A DNA stretch of 63,072 bases, the filler included, from Olpidium bornovanus S191 (lineage: Eukaryota; Fungi; Olpidiomycota), in the NCBI GenBank assembly GCA_017911155.1. It is 29 parts of 29 records of this genome, joined end to end, with 100 filler letters (N's around TTAATTAATTAA, not from the genome) between each part and the next. Parts side by side here need not be neighbours in the genome. Positions count along the whole stretch, not along the records: positions 45,951 to 49,821 come from JAEFCI010011300.1; positions 49,922 to 51,179 come from JAEFCI010005305.1; positions 51,280 to 55,493 come from JAEFCI010008659.1; positions 55,594 to 58,256 come from JAEFCI010010318.1; positions 58,357 to 60,247 come from JAEFCI010009305.1; positions 60,348 to 61,797 come from JAEFCI010005215.1; 23 more parts are not named here. One strand, written 5' to 3'. Positions within the stretch are counted from its first letter, which is position 1. Each line of letters starts with the position of its first letter. A program made the translations under genes and the position numbers. Positions 48,073 through 60,403 of the stretch are shown here, in pieces. Under the pieces are notes generated by a model, which was not told the DNA's origin, ran no database searches, and was given only the letters and a program-made list of their open reading frames with translations.

Positions 48073-49821
48073 ATGGCAGAGCAGGTGCAGTTCAGGCTCG
48101 AGGCGCAGGTGCCGGAGCTCGAGGACCTCGAGCGCAAGGGGCTCTTCTCCCCCCGCGAGATCAGGGCCATCGTCAAGAGGAGGACGAGGCTCGAGTACGC
48201 GCTCGAGCGGAGGATATCCCGCAAGGAGGACTACCTGCGCTACATCGAGTACGAGGTGAACCTCGAGGCCCTGAGGAGAGCGAGGAAGGACAAGCTCTTC
48301 GGTGTGTGTTTGCGTGCGTGTGCGACACGGGTTTCTTTTCGTTGCCGCTGCCGTGTGCGGTGTCCGCGCGCCCACCCGGCAAGACAGAAAGCTGACCAGG
48401 CGTGCTCGCGCTGGCCACGCCTCTCTCGCCGCGGCCTGCCTTCTACCCGGCAATCGCCGGGGTTTTGCGCGCACTCCGTTGGTGCCGTTGGCCTGCGCAG
48501 TTGGCAAGACGTACAAGTTGTCGCTGTCGGACTACTCGGGTCTCCGGCGCATTCAGAACGTTTTCGACCGCGCAACGCGGACGTTTGCTGGCGACACGGC
48601 CCTCTGGCTCCAGTACCTTAAGTGGGCCATTGACAACAACCGGAAGAAGACGGTAATGAGCGTATTTTCACGGTAAGCGTGTGCTGCGTGTCCACGCCAA
48701 CCGGGAGCAGAGCGCCGAAACCGCCAGCTTGCTTTGCCCTGCTTGTCTACTGCTACTGCTTATTGGCACCGCGCATTACTTCCAGAGCTATCCAGAAGCT
48801 CCCGACGAACCCGACTCTGTGGGTGCTGGCTGCGAACCACGAGCTTCACGTGAACAACAACACGACCGCCGCGCGTGGGCTGTTTCAGCGCGGGCTGCGG
48901 CTGTGTGATGACAGCCAGGAGTTGTGGGCGGCGTATCACCTGATGGAAGTGGAGTACACTGAGAAGATTCGGGAGCGGAGAAAGGTGCTCGGCATTGGCG
49001 CGGAACAGAGAAAGCAGAACAATGAGTCTGTCAAGGAGGCAGAGAACGCAGGGGATCCGGAGGAAGATAATGCTTTCGACGGTGACGTGATAAAATTGCC
49101 GGAGCTGCTTCAAGGCGAAGTTGCCGCGTTCCGAGAGGACGATGACGCGGAACAGCCGGCCAAGAAACGGCGGCGGACGGAGAGGGAGCTGGTGACCGGC
49201 GTAGCCGAGGCGCTCAGTAACGAAGACGACTCGAACCTGTTCTTGAACGGCGCGGTCGCCGTCGTCGTCTACAACGCCGCAATCGGCAAAATTCCCTCTG
49301 ACCTGGAGTTTCGAAAGCGGCTCCTGAAGAACTACGCCCCATTTGTACCAGAGAGCCCCGCCGCGGAGGCGGGGAGGAAGGAGGGGTACGAGTCACTGCG
49401 AAGAGACTTCGCCGACTCTGCAGACGCTCGCGGGCTAATCGCCTGTAGACATTTGGTGGCAAAGAAACCAGGGACGCTCGAATGGCTTGCGGCCGTCCGG
49501 GAGACGTCGGCAGAGTTTGCCCAGGCAGTGAATGATTTTGACACTTCGGAGATGCATGATGTGCGGTGCGCATTTTTAAGAGATGTCCTGGAGGAGGGCA
49601 GGAAGGAGCCTGAAACCAGGAAATATTTGTCGAAAATGCTGTCAAATGCGTACGCCGAGGCGCTCAAGAGCGGAAAAGCGTCATCCGACCTGGTCTCGAG
49701 GCATGTTGACTTTACGGACCGAATTCTACAAGACCGTACCAAAGGTGAGTTCCGTAGAGATAACGTGTTCTGGAGAATACGTGATTTAGCTCATACGATT
49801 GCTGCTTTGAAAGCATTAACG
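48073..49821 (+). CDS. UTP6: U3 snoRNP/SSU processome HAT-repeat protein Utp6, 3'-partial
   Basis: MAEQVQFRLEAQVPELEDLERKGLFS..EIRAIVKRRTRLEY..DYLRYIEYEVNLEALR; FDRATRTFAGDTALWLQY; AARGLFQRGLR. Confidence 0.93.
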
Positions 49822-49986
49822 NNNNNNNNNNNNNNNNNNNNNNNNNNNNNNNNNNNNNNNNNNNNTTAATTAATTAANNNNNNNNNNNNNNNNNNNNNNN
49901 NNNNNNNNNNNNNNNNNNNNNCCCCGGCCGCCGCCAGCGTTTCGCGCGCCTTCCCGCCTCCCGGTTACCCGGATCCTCAGCCCACA

Positions 49987-50729
49987 ATGCCGGACACACC
50001 CACCAAGCTCCACGGCCAAACCGAAGCCGCCATCGGAGGGGCCAAGGTGCGCGGCGAAAAATAAAAAAGAGGGTTTTGGGGGCGTGCGTCTCCGGTTCTC
50101 CTTTCGGTGCCCCCCACCCCCCTCTTTCCCTTCACTTTCCGCCGGGCTCTGCGCGGGTGATCCCCGGGCACGCGAGGTGACCCCTTGTTTCTGCGTCTTT
50201 ACGCGTATCTGGGGGTTGACGCGCTTTTCGGGGGCTGGCTTTGTCCTCAACCCCAGGAGACCGGGGGAAAAGTTATCGGCAACGAGTCCTTGCAAGCCAA
50301 AGGCGCCAACCAGAAGGCCGCTGGCAACGCCGAAACCCAAGGTTATAAGAGGGCAATCGAAAAGAAAAGCTTTTCTGAGCCGTTTCAGAGCTCTCCAACC
50401 TGCTGCGTGTTCCACAATCGCGAGATTCTAAACTTCGCCCGACGGTCGTTTCGCTTTTTTTTTTCCGGGACAGCCGCGAAAGCCAAGGAGTACACCGAGG
50501 GCACAGCCGACAATGTGAAAGGCAGCGTTAAATCTGCCTTTGGCGGCCTCACCGGCGACAAGTCCATGCAGGCCGAGGGCGAGTATGATAAGGTTTGTGC
50601 TCGCCCGGAAATTTTAATCTGCTTCCGGCTCTCACAAACTCGCCCCCTGGAGTTTAGTTGACTGCGTTCTTTCTTGTAAAAACAAAAAAAAAGGCGCGTG
50701 GCCAAGTCAAGAAGGATACGAACAAGTAG
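49987..50729 (+). CDS. Small CsbD/Hmp1/CON-6-like hydrophilic stress protein, 4 exons
   Basis: Exons 49987-50046, 50257-50341, 50474-50592 and 50694-50729: MPDTPTKLHGQTEAAIGGAK|ETGGKVIGNESLQAKG..GNAETQ|AAKAKEYTEGTADNVKG..GGLTGDKSMQAEGEYDK|ARGQVKKDTNK*. Confidence 0.8.
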
Positions 50730-51279
50730 TTGGTTTGCTCAGATGAACCGATCGCGGCAGACGCTTTTCCGAGAATTTCCCGGCCAAGTACTTCCCGTAT
50801 TCAGCCTGCCGTCGATACTTTGCAATATCAAACTGTTCTTGAGAGATGTTAAAGCGGGTGCGACACTGTGCTGTGAGGACGTGCGGTGATTTTTAGGAGC
50901 ACAATAAACAGTGGCTTTTTTGTTCCGGTTAGGCCGAGTCTTCCAGTAGTCATGCCGAAAACTGTGTGTGTGCGTACGCGTGTTAGAGAGGGAGACGCCA
51001 TAAAACGAGAAAATAAAAACGTTTCCTCCGCCCGCCTAAGGACGGGAACCTATCTCCACATGCAGAGAGAGTTCGTAACTATGGCCCTGGGGCTCCTTCC
51101 CTCACATTTCTTTATCCACAGCGCCTTAAAACCGAACACCCGCAAGATTCCAATCGCGCCATTTGCCAATGCGGAGAAANNNNNNNNNNNNNNNNNNNNN
51201 NNNNNNNNNNNNNNNNNNNNNNNTTAATTAATTAANNNNNNNNNNNNNNNNNNNNNNNNNNNNNNNNNNNNNNNNNNNN

Positions 51280-53680
51280 CATGTTAAAGCATTGCGTCAT
51301 ACAACCGGATTCCCGTGAGATCTTCCGCCGGAGCACAGGCGAAGGCGTGAACCATACTAGTGCGGATCTGGATTCCCCGCTTGGCGCACCGGTCCTTGAC
51401 GTAATCGACAAGCTTCTCGTCAAACACGGCGAGAATTTTAGGAGCGACTGATACGCGCAAGACATGATTTGCGACACATCGTCAGTGAGGAGGATATTCC
51501 GGACAGCCGTTGGGGTCGCCTTCCCGATAAAGACAAAACCGGAAAAATACCGTCGAAGATAGAGACTTTGACCATGGGAGCAAGGTCGGGATATACGCGC
51601 ATAGCATCCTGCAGGAACAAAAAAAACCGGAGAATCAGACTGAACAGGACGACGCGCTAAAAAAAAAGGCCCGCAAACAGGCATCCCGCGTCCAAACCTC
51701 CTGATCCTCCCCCTTGGCCCTCGCAGCCACCTCTTCCCTCCATTCCACAACTTACTTTCTCCACGAAATCCTTGAGCTCAGCCTTTCTTTTCCCCAAAAT
51801 GCCACGCACTGGGAACATCAGGTAATCTGGTCCCCTCGGGGAACTTGCAGCGACAAATCCTCACACGCCGTACGTACCGAGAACTCAACACCCTGAGCAG
51901 TAAATCAAACGGTGAAAAAGGTGAAGCGGAACCCAGAAAACGACGGCGCAAAAACAGCAGGACGTACGGTAGGCCCGCCTCCAACGATGGCAAAGTGGAG
52001 CAACCGCCTCTTCTCCTCAGTAGTGACCCCTGAACAAAAGCAGGAACTTCAGAAGGAAAACCCGGCACGCGGGACCCTGACACAACGGCCGGAACCCAAA
52101 TCGGCCCTAGAACTGTACCGGGTGCGGAAGCGGCATCAAAGCCTACAAAGGAGCGATGCGCAAAGTCGGCAGGTTCGTGCGGGCGTCACCGTGAGCAAAA
52201 CACTCCTTTTTCCCTCACGCAGGTAACCGGGAAACAACACGACGCACACTCAATCAGACGCGCACGGATCCTGCGGGCGTCGCTGACAGTCTTCAGGAAC
52301 TGTGGGGTAGTAGCAGCATCCATCAGTCGTCCTGTGTTACCGCCGGCCGACGGCATTTCTTCGCGTTCTCTGCACACCCTCGGCGTGGTTCTCGCACTTA
52401 CGGTGCCGTACTCCTCAACACCGGGAGTACCGAACGTGTTAATGATGCCCTGCGCAGACGGGAGAGCGACGCACGAGTCAGCGGTGCGGTCGGGGACACC
52501 TGATGTCGGCGGCGGCGGAATAAACGGGAACCAGTCGTCCGTACCCCGCAGGCGACGACGAGCTTGTCGTAACCGAGAGTGAACTTCTTCGTCTCGCCAA
52601 ACGCGGTGGAAATGCAATGAACCTGCTGCTTGGCCAGGTCTGCCGAAACCCAGAAGAATCAACAACGACGCCGTCAGTTTGACGCGTCTCGCGGTGACCG
52701 TTAAACGCGCAATCACGACCGGGAATCCCGCGGCTCACCGATGGAATCCGCTGTGCCTTCGTAGTAATTCGCCTCTTTCGCCTGCCTTTTGACGGCCTCG
52801 GTGACGTTCCTGAATTCCAGAGTCCCCTACGTTCCGCCGTGGCGCGCAAAGTCCATGGTCAACGTCAAGAACGTTCCGGCCGCCAAACGCCGGGATATAA
52901 AATACCTACTACGGCAGATGAGGCGAGGAGCGGAGTGAACACGAAGTGGTTCACCGGCGACACCACGCTCAATTCATACTTGGACAAGTTCAAGGTCTTG
53001 GCGATTTTGATGCCTGGCCGGAAGAAAAGCGGGATGGAGGGGTCAGCGCAGCGTCGAGGTGTATATACCTCAAACAACTCGGCGAACGGACCTGCCCAAC
53101 CGGATCCTGACGGTTGCGGGTAAACGCGCGAAGAGGTTTCCGTCACCGGAGGTTGAAAAAAAAAAATAATCAGCTTCCGCCACGCGGACGGTTTGCAGCA
53201 CCGGAAGCACGCGTCGCGTCGGGGGGGGGTGTGTGTGTGTGTGTGTTTGTGTGTTTGTGTGTGTGTGTGTGTGCACCGCCCCTTTGAAGAACCGGCCGTT
53301 GAACGGTAACCCCGGTTCAGTCGGTGGTCGCGTCCCGCAGATGACGGGATGTCGACGTACCGAGGAGGAGCACCTTTTCTGCGCGGGCGAAACGGAAAGA
53401 TGAGCAGGAAGAAAAAAAAAAAAAAAAAATTGAAGCGACGACTTCGTCACTACGGTATCGCAGGCGGTCGCCGTTTTACGGAAGAAGGGGGGGGGGGAAA
53501 GGCGTCGCGACACAGACCCTTTTTCCCCGCGGCAGCGGCGGCGTAAAGCCTGCACGCGCCCAGGCGCGGAAGGGCGACGGGCACGCGGGCGGCGGCAGCG
53601 GCAGCGGGGCGCGACGAGGCAAGCGGCGGCGGCAGCAGCAGGCCCGGCAGGCGGGCGGCGGGGGGAGAGCGGGCGGCCAT
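51280..53680 (-). CDS. Type II NADH dehydrogenase (NDE1/NDI1-like), 3'-partial, many exons
   Basis: Mitochondrial-type presequence from 53680; GSGWAG; LSVVSPVNHFVFTPLLASSAV|GTLEFR; YDKLVVACG; NTFGTPGVEEY; FLKTVSDARRIRARLIE; RLLHFAIVGGGPT|GVEFS; RVYPDL. Confidence 0.92.
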
Positions 53681-53752
53681 TGTTTTTTTTTTTTTTTTCC
53701 GAGGGGCGGCGGGCGGGGGAACCGGGGGGAAGGAGACGACGCGGAGAAAGCG

Positions 53753-53758
53753 AGAGAG

Positions 53759-53805
<47 letters not shown>

Positions 53806-53837
53806 AGAGAAAGAGGGAGAGGGAGAAAGAGAGGAGA

Positions 53838-53881
<44 letters not shown>

Positions 53882-53920
53882 AAGATGAGAGAGAGACAGA
53901 GAGAGAGAGAAGAGAGAGAT
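53753..53920. repeat. Imperfect (GA)n microsatellite
   Basis: Long AG run upstream of the NDH-2 gene. Similar tracts lie at ~16138-16242, 42470-42530 and 58880-58950, and a (GT)n at 53229-53273. Confidence 0.9.
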
Positions 53921-53931
53921 GGTCGGGGTGT

Positions 53932-53962
<31 letters not shown>

Positions 53963-54499
53963 GGGGGAGGGGGGGGGGAGAGAAATCCCCGTTTGCGGGG
54001 GAGAGAGAGAGAGAGAGAGAGAGAGAACAGAGAGAGGGTGTACAGGAAAATAAAAGAGGGGGAGCGGGGAAGGGGGAAAGCCGCCCGCTGGGGGGGTGGA
54101 AAGTGTGGCAAAACGTGCCCTCCGGAGGAGACCCCGGGAAATCCAAGGGGGCCGCGCAAGGATTCGGAAGAGGAGAATACTGCTCTGTTTCTTCGCGGCG
54201 TTTTGATTCTACGGATTCCGCGCCTATTTATGTTGGGATTCCGTGCGGATTCTACAAAAGGGGAAAAGGGGGAAGTAATTCGTGTAGGAAGCTCTATCCG
54301 TGCTGCCCCCCCTGGCTGCCCCCCCCCCCCCCTTTTCCTACACCCCACCTCTCCTAACGAATATATCTTCCACGGTCGCGCCAAAAGCTATCTAATTGCG
54401 TATTTCTTCCTGTCGTGGTCCTTTTTCCGGGGGGTTGGGCCTGTAAATGCGCGTGCGCAAATCTCAGCCGTCGACCTTGCCCATTCCAATGGCTTCTTT

Positions 54500-55493
54500 A
54501 AATGAGGCGAACTTCAGCCTTTCCAAAGGCGTTGTGAGCATGTCTGAGGGGTTATCTTTGGAATCGACCCTTTCGACGGCGATGGCTCCGTCCGCAGCGC
54601 GCATTGGCGAAGGTGGTGGTAGCGTATGTCTATGTGCTTGGATCGCCTGGATGTCTTGACGTCCTTGGCGAGCTTTATTGCGCCATTAATGTCAATATAC
54701 AGCGTCGTTGCTGTTTTAATGTCGTCTCCATTGATTGCTCCGAGTATGGCGCGTAGCCAGGTGATTTCCTGGGCGGCCATTGACCCAGACACAAACTCCG
54801 CTTCGCAGGATGATACTGCGACGCACTTCTGTCTCGTGGAGCGCCATGATACGGGAGATCCGTTGTACAGAATGACCATCCCTGACGTTCACGCCCGCGT
54901 TTGGTGACAACCTGCCCAGTCCGCGTTGCAGAAGGCGGTGATCTTGCCGGGACCTTGCGCCCGGAAGCATATCCCATGATCCATGGTGCCTTTGATGTAG
55001 TGTAACGCCCTTTTGGCGGCGCCCCAGTGGCGGTTGGTCGGTGCAGAGGTAAAACGGGCGAGCAATGCTGCTGCGAAGGCTAGGTCTGGTCTTGTCATTG
55101 TGGCCATCCACATGATGGACCCGACTGCCTCTGCGTAGCGTCCTGCGTCGCATGCCTCATCGTTGATCTTCATAGCTTCCAAGGCTCCTTGTTCCACCAG
55201 CGTGCTGACGTGGTTTGCATCCATCATCCCGAAGTGTATTAGGGTTTGCTCCGCATAGTGGCGTTGGTCCATTGTGCGCGATCCGTCATCCATCTTGCGG
55301 ATCCTGATACCGAGTATGAAAGACAGATCCCCTCCATCTGACATTATGAACTTCTTCTCCAGGTCGTTCTCAAGCTTTGAGACCATCCTCGCGTCTGGCC
55401 CTACTATTAGGAGGTCATCGACGTAAATGACGGTTATCAACTGTACTTGCCCGTCATGGTCCAGTAGAACGTAGACGCATGGCTCATTTGGCA
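54500..55493 (-). mobile_element. Degenerate Ty1/copia pol (reverse transcriptase and RNase H)
   Basis: IYVDDLL; RPDLAFA; NADWAG; in-frame TGA at 54889-54891; SSCEAEF; SKHIDIRYHHLR; then a frameshift to DNPSDMLT. Confidence 0.93.
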
Positions 55494-55857
55494 NNNNNNN
55501 NNNNNNNNNNNNNNNNNNNNNNNNNNNNNNNNNNNNNTTAATTAATTAANNNNNNNNNNNNNNNNNNNNNNNNNNNNNNNNNNNNNNNNNNNNGCGGTCG
55601 AGCCGAGGAAAGAGGGGGAGGGACTGTTCGAACTAGGAAAAAAAAAGTTCGACGTATAGAGAGAGCGAGAGAGAGAGAGATGCCGCGGAACGCCGCCGCT
55701 GCAAGCGGACGTCGGGGGGGCGCGGAGCGCGCGCCGTCCCGAGTCGCAAAAACCGGCGCTCTCATCGGGGCTTCCGGGCCGGCGCCTCTCTGCGCCCGGC
55801 GGCCCCTTCCTCCTCAGGCCGATCGCTTCCGCCGGAAGCGAGACATAAATGACCCAC

Positions 55858-57947
55858 CTTCTCCGCCGCTCGCCGCTTCGCTCTTCGCCGTAGGCGCGCC
55901 GGTTCTCGCCGCGCGAGCCGGAGGGGGACCGCGGAGAGCGGCGCGCCGCGGCGGCCGCGCCGGGCTCCGCGGGGCGCTTCTCCCGGGAATCTTGGGGGCC
56001 GGGCGCGTCCGGCGGGGGTCCACCTCCGCGGTTCTCCCGCCGGCGGCGGTCCGCGGCGGGCTCCGTCGGCGGAGGCAAGGAGTCGTCCATCAGGGTTATC
56101 TGGTCGCGCGGGATCCGCACGCTGTGCTGAAGGCGGCTCCGCAGCCGCGACGCCTCCTCCGCCACGTTCAGGTCATGATTCGCGGCGGAACCTCGCCGGA
56201 CGGCGGGCTCGTTCCTGTCGACGAGCCCGTCGCTTCCGCCGCCGTGGTGCTGAACGCGGTGGTGGTGACGGCCGGGCTCCGGGCGCTCTTGGATCCGCGG
56301 GGCGGCGGGCGCGGCGGCGGGCGGGGACCGTCGGGGGGGAGGAGGGGCGCGGGGGCGCTGCCTCCCGGGACTGGGCGAGCGGCGGTCGACCCTCCGGGGC
56401 TCCGGGATCGGCCGCGAGGGCGACCGCCTCCTGCTCCCCTTCGGGGCGGCCGCCGCCGTCTTCTTGGTGGCTCGCATGGCGACCGACTGGGGCGGCAGCG
56501 GTTGTCGCACCTGCCGCCTCCCGTCCCGCTCGTCGAAGGAGGGGGGGGGCTTCTGGGAATCGACCCGCGCTCTATCCTCCGGCGCCCCCTGTCCCCGGCT
56601 CCTCTCCCGGCTGCGGTCCCTCTCCGGGCGCAGGCCCCAAACCTTCCTGCCAGCGTCGCGTTCGCGGTCCCTGTCCCCCGCATCGTCCCGGTGGCCCGTC
56701 CGGTCGCGGCGGCGGGGGTCGCGGTCGCGGTCGCGGTCGCGGTCGCGCGCGGGAGAACGCGACCGCCGCGGGGAGCCCGGCTTTCCGGGCGAAGGCCTTT
56801 TCCGGCCCGTTTCTTCGTGACGGCCGCTCCTGGAATTCTTGGGAGGCGAAGACGGTCGGCGGCTCTCCTCTTCCCTCCTGCGGTCGGGAGTCCGGGACCT
56901 CGGAGAAGCCGCGGACCTCGGAAGAGGCGTGCCTCCTCGCCGGGCGGCTGCCGCCTCCTTCTCCCTCTCCGCGGCGATCCCGCTGATCCGGATGCCCAGC
57001 ACGCGCCCGCCTTCTGCGGATGACTGGGCCGGGGCGCGCTCGCGGCGGGACCCGCCGCGGTCGCGGACGGGCGGAGACAGGCCCCGGGCAACACGCACGT
57101 CCTCTTCGCGGAGCCGCTTGGCCGACGAGCCGCGGCCCTCCCAGTCCCCGCCGTCTCTTCCGCTCCTCCGGTCCCTTGCGGGGTCCGCCGCCCTCGCTTC
57201 CTGTTCCCTCTCGTCCCTGCTGCCTCGCTGGTCCGCAGCGGCCGTGGCGTCAGGGCGGTCGGCACGGCGTGCCGCGGCACGAGCCGAGTCTGATCCTCCG
57301 CCTCCTCCTCCTGGTCCTCCTCCCCCTGCTCGTCCTCTTTCCTCTGCTTCTCTTTCTTCTTTTTCGGGGCTGCCGTCCGCCGCGAAGGCGCCGCGCCCGC
57401 TTCTCGACGCCGCGGCGTCCTTGTTCCCGCTCGACGTTGAGCTTCTTTGGCTCGACACCTCGTACGCGTAATTGAGGGCCACTACGGTCGCGGACGGCAG
57501 CACGGAATCTGGGGACGTGACCTCGTTGGAGAACCAGTTGTGCAAGTCCTCGGGACTCGGGATGACGAACTCGTCGCACTGCTCGTCACCGTCGTCCTCG
57601 CCGTCTCCCGCCTCCCGCCCACCGTCTCCCGCGGTCGCAGGCCGACCGCCGTCAGCGCCGCCCGTCTCGTGCGGCGGCGCAATCCTCCCGACGGTCGACG
57701 GCGAGGCGGCGGGGTCGGCGGCCGGCGGCTGCGGTCGCGGCGGCGGAGCGGAGAACGGGCGGGCCTTTGGGTCATGCCTGGCAGCGGCGGCGCCCTCGGG
57801 GTGTTCCGCGCTCCGCTGCCCGGCGGCGGCGGCTGCGTCGTCGGCGTCGGCGTCCTCCCCGGCGGCCGCGCGGTGGTGGGGGTTGCGGTGGTGAAGGTGA
57901 GCGTCGACCGCGGCGCCGCTGGTCCTCCGGTCGACGACCTCTGTCAT
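55858..57947 (-). CDS. Large Arg/Ser/Pro/Asp-rich disordered exon (RS/RD-like protein), 3'-partial
   Basis: About 700 codons open from MTEVVDRR (57947) to a probable GT donor at 55857; contains RDRDRDRD and RRSPSP repeats. No folded domain recognised. Confidence 0.5.
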
Positions 57948-58060
57948 TTCCGGGTGGGGGAGGAAGTGAGGGGAAGTGACGGGAGATTGGGGGGGGGGGG
58001 GGGGAAGGGGAAAAGGGGGGGGGGGGACGGGGGGGGGGGGGGGGGGAAAAGGGGGGGGGG

Positions 58061-58101
<41 letters not shown>

Positions 58102-60106
58102 CGAGGAGCTTTCCGGACCGCGGTTGTGAAGTTTGGGCCAAGGCAACCTCGCGGGCGTCGCGTTTCGCGAACTCGGGTTTCAAAAAAGTCGTGCGGGGGT
58201 CGCGGGACGGCGGGGGACACACCCCACCCCGCTGGTGAAATTATTTTTAGTCGCCCNNNNNNNNNNNNNNNNNNNNNNNNNNNNNNNNNNNNNNNNNNNN
58301 TTAATTAATTAANNNNNNNNNNNNNNNNNNNNNNNNNNNNNNNNNNNNNNNNNNNNCTAGCTTTCTGTTACGGTTTGCGGCCGTCCGGTCGTCATCACTG
58401 TTCACTGCGACCGTCAAACTTGTGCTCCCCCCGGCACCTTCCCTTCCCTTCCCCCCCGTGGCGCACCCGCACAAATCAAAGTCCTCCCGACCCGGAGCGC
58501 CCAGTTCGTCGAGAGCGCCGGCGGAGAGCCGGAGCGGAATATACGAGGGCTGCTATAGGAGGCGCGGGACGACGAGGTTTTGTGGGATTTATTTTGCCTT
58601 TTCTTTCTTCCTCCAGGTTGAGTAAAGGGGAGGCTGAGCAGGAGGAGCACTTGTGCTTATCGACGACAGCGTCGCTCCCTTTCTGGCATCCCTCCCGCCG
58701 CATCCGCCTCTCCTTCCTCTGCTCAAAACTCTTGCCCGCCAAAACTCCCTGATACCCCCACCCACCCCCCGCGCGCCCTTTCCCCGCCCCCGCGCACAAC
58801 CCCTCTCTCGCCCTCAAGCACGATAATAAAGAGAGAAAACCAATCTTTCTCCGCGATCAGAGAGATCTTCTGCAGAAGCAGAGAGAGCAGAGAGAAAGAG
58901 AGAGAGAACAGAGAGAGAGAGAGAACAGAGAGACAATGACAGAGAGCCCGCGCGCGCGGATCAACCCCACACTCCCGGGAAGAAAACCCAAAAAAGAAGA
59001 AAAAAAATATGCGTTACAGTACCGTGCCCTCCCGCGATCTTCGCAACTCGAAACGCGAAGAGATCTAAAAGAGAGCGAGAGAGAGATCTGAAGAGAGGGA
59101 CAGAGACAGAAAGAGATCTGAAAAGTGAGAGATAGAGATTTGGGGGGAAGAAGGATCTGGGGAGGGAAACAGAGATCTGGAAAGAGAGAGAGAGATAGAC
59201 ACGATATCGGATGCTACTGCGTGCTGCCTTGCCCGTGCCGCAGCAAAAAACAACAAAAAACAGTTAGTTTCCTCGAGAAACAAGGGGGTGGGGGAAGAGG
59301 GCCCCGGACGAGCGGACCTGCTCTCACAACCCCGCAATCGCGCCCTCCTTCCTTCCCTCCCACGCACCCCCCTTGCCTTGCTTCCCTCATCCCCCTCCTC
59401 TCCCCCAGAAAATACGCGCGCACGTCTTGCCGTGCGGCGTAAGATAGAATGGGGTGATGCGGGGGGCCCCGCCGCTTCCTCTGGCCCCCTGCGCGCGCGT
59501 ATCAGGCCAACCCGACCCGCACCCACCACCACCCAACACCCCCCCATCCCCCACCTCATTTCTTCGCTTTCTCCCCTTCGCTTTTTTTTTTGGTTTTTTG
59601 GTTTTTGTTTTTTTCCTTCCTTGGTTACCCTTTTGGTCGCCGGAGTTTTGCGAATTCCAATGCAAACGCAGCAGACCCATCGTTGGCGTAAACGCCCTGT
59701 GTCTCGTCGCGCGGCTGCGCCGCAAGGGTGCTGCGCCCCACGCAAACTCTTCGTGGCCACGTTTTTGAAGGCACGGTGTGACGCGTTGCGCTGCCATTGG
59801 GACCAGACCAAACCGTCATGCTCGAACGTGCGTGTTAGCGCGGTCGGGGACAAACCTTGTTACGGGCGATATTGCGTCCTGGTGGCACACCGCCCAGCAC
59901 AAGGCACGCTCTCGAGGTCGCTGCTCGACACGGCTGACGGCGCTGCGCCCCCTCCCACGAGCGAGACCGCGGCATTCCTGTGATGGCAAACTATTTTGGC
60001 CCAGGCCTGCCGCTCTCCGTGTGGGGGGGGGGAGCCTGGTGCTCTCGTCGTAGTCGCTGTTGGGGAGGAGGTGGAGGGGGGGGGTGGAGGGGAAAGGGTG
60101 AAACGA

Positions 60107-60143
<37 letters not shown>

Positions 60144-60403
60144 GGGAAATTCAAAAGGGGCCGGCATGAAAACGGGGGAACCACGGGCTGGTTTGACCAG
60201 ACAGGGGATTGGACGGGGCCCCCCCCCCGCTCTCCCAGTTGGTTCTCNNNNNNNNNNNNNNNNNNNNNNNNNNNNNNNNNNNNNNNNNNNNTTAATTAAT
60301 TAANNNNNNNNNNNNNNNNNNNNNNNNNNNNNNNNNNNNNNNNNNNNACCATGAATGACAGCAATTTCCGGTATAACAGAGGACTTCACAAGGCGGGACA
60401 CGT

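Noticed and set aside
51050-51179. Minus-strand terminal exon (ALANGAIGILRVFGFKALWIKKCEGRSPRAIVTNSLCMWR*)
   Set aside because: It is plausibly a gene end but too short to assign or support.
51845-52230. Plus-strand HMG-like ORF (RPEPKSALELY)
   Set aside because: The region is fully explained by minus-strand NDH-2 exons and introns.
53070-54505. Long ORFs 53070-54146, 53476-54384, 53680-54357 and 53885-54505
   Set aside because: They are translations of GA/GT microsatellites and G-runs (LSLSL, ERERE, THTH) and overlap the NDH-2 5' region.
58357-60247. Coding gene or ncRNA in this contig
   Set aside because: It is dominated by AG-rich and homopolymer tracts. I could not support any protein motif or RNA structure.
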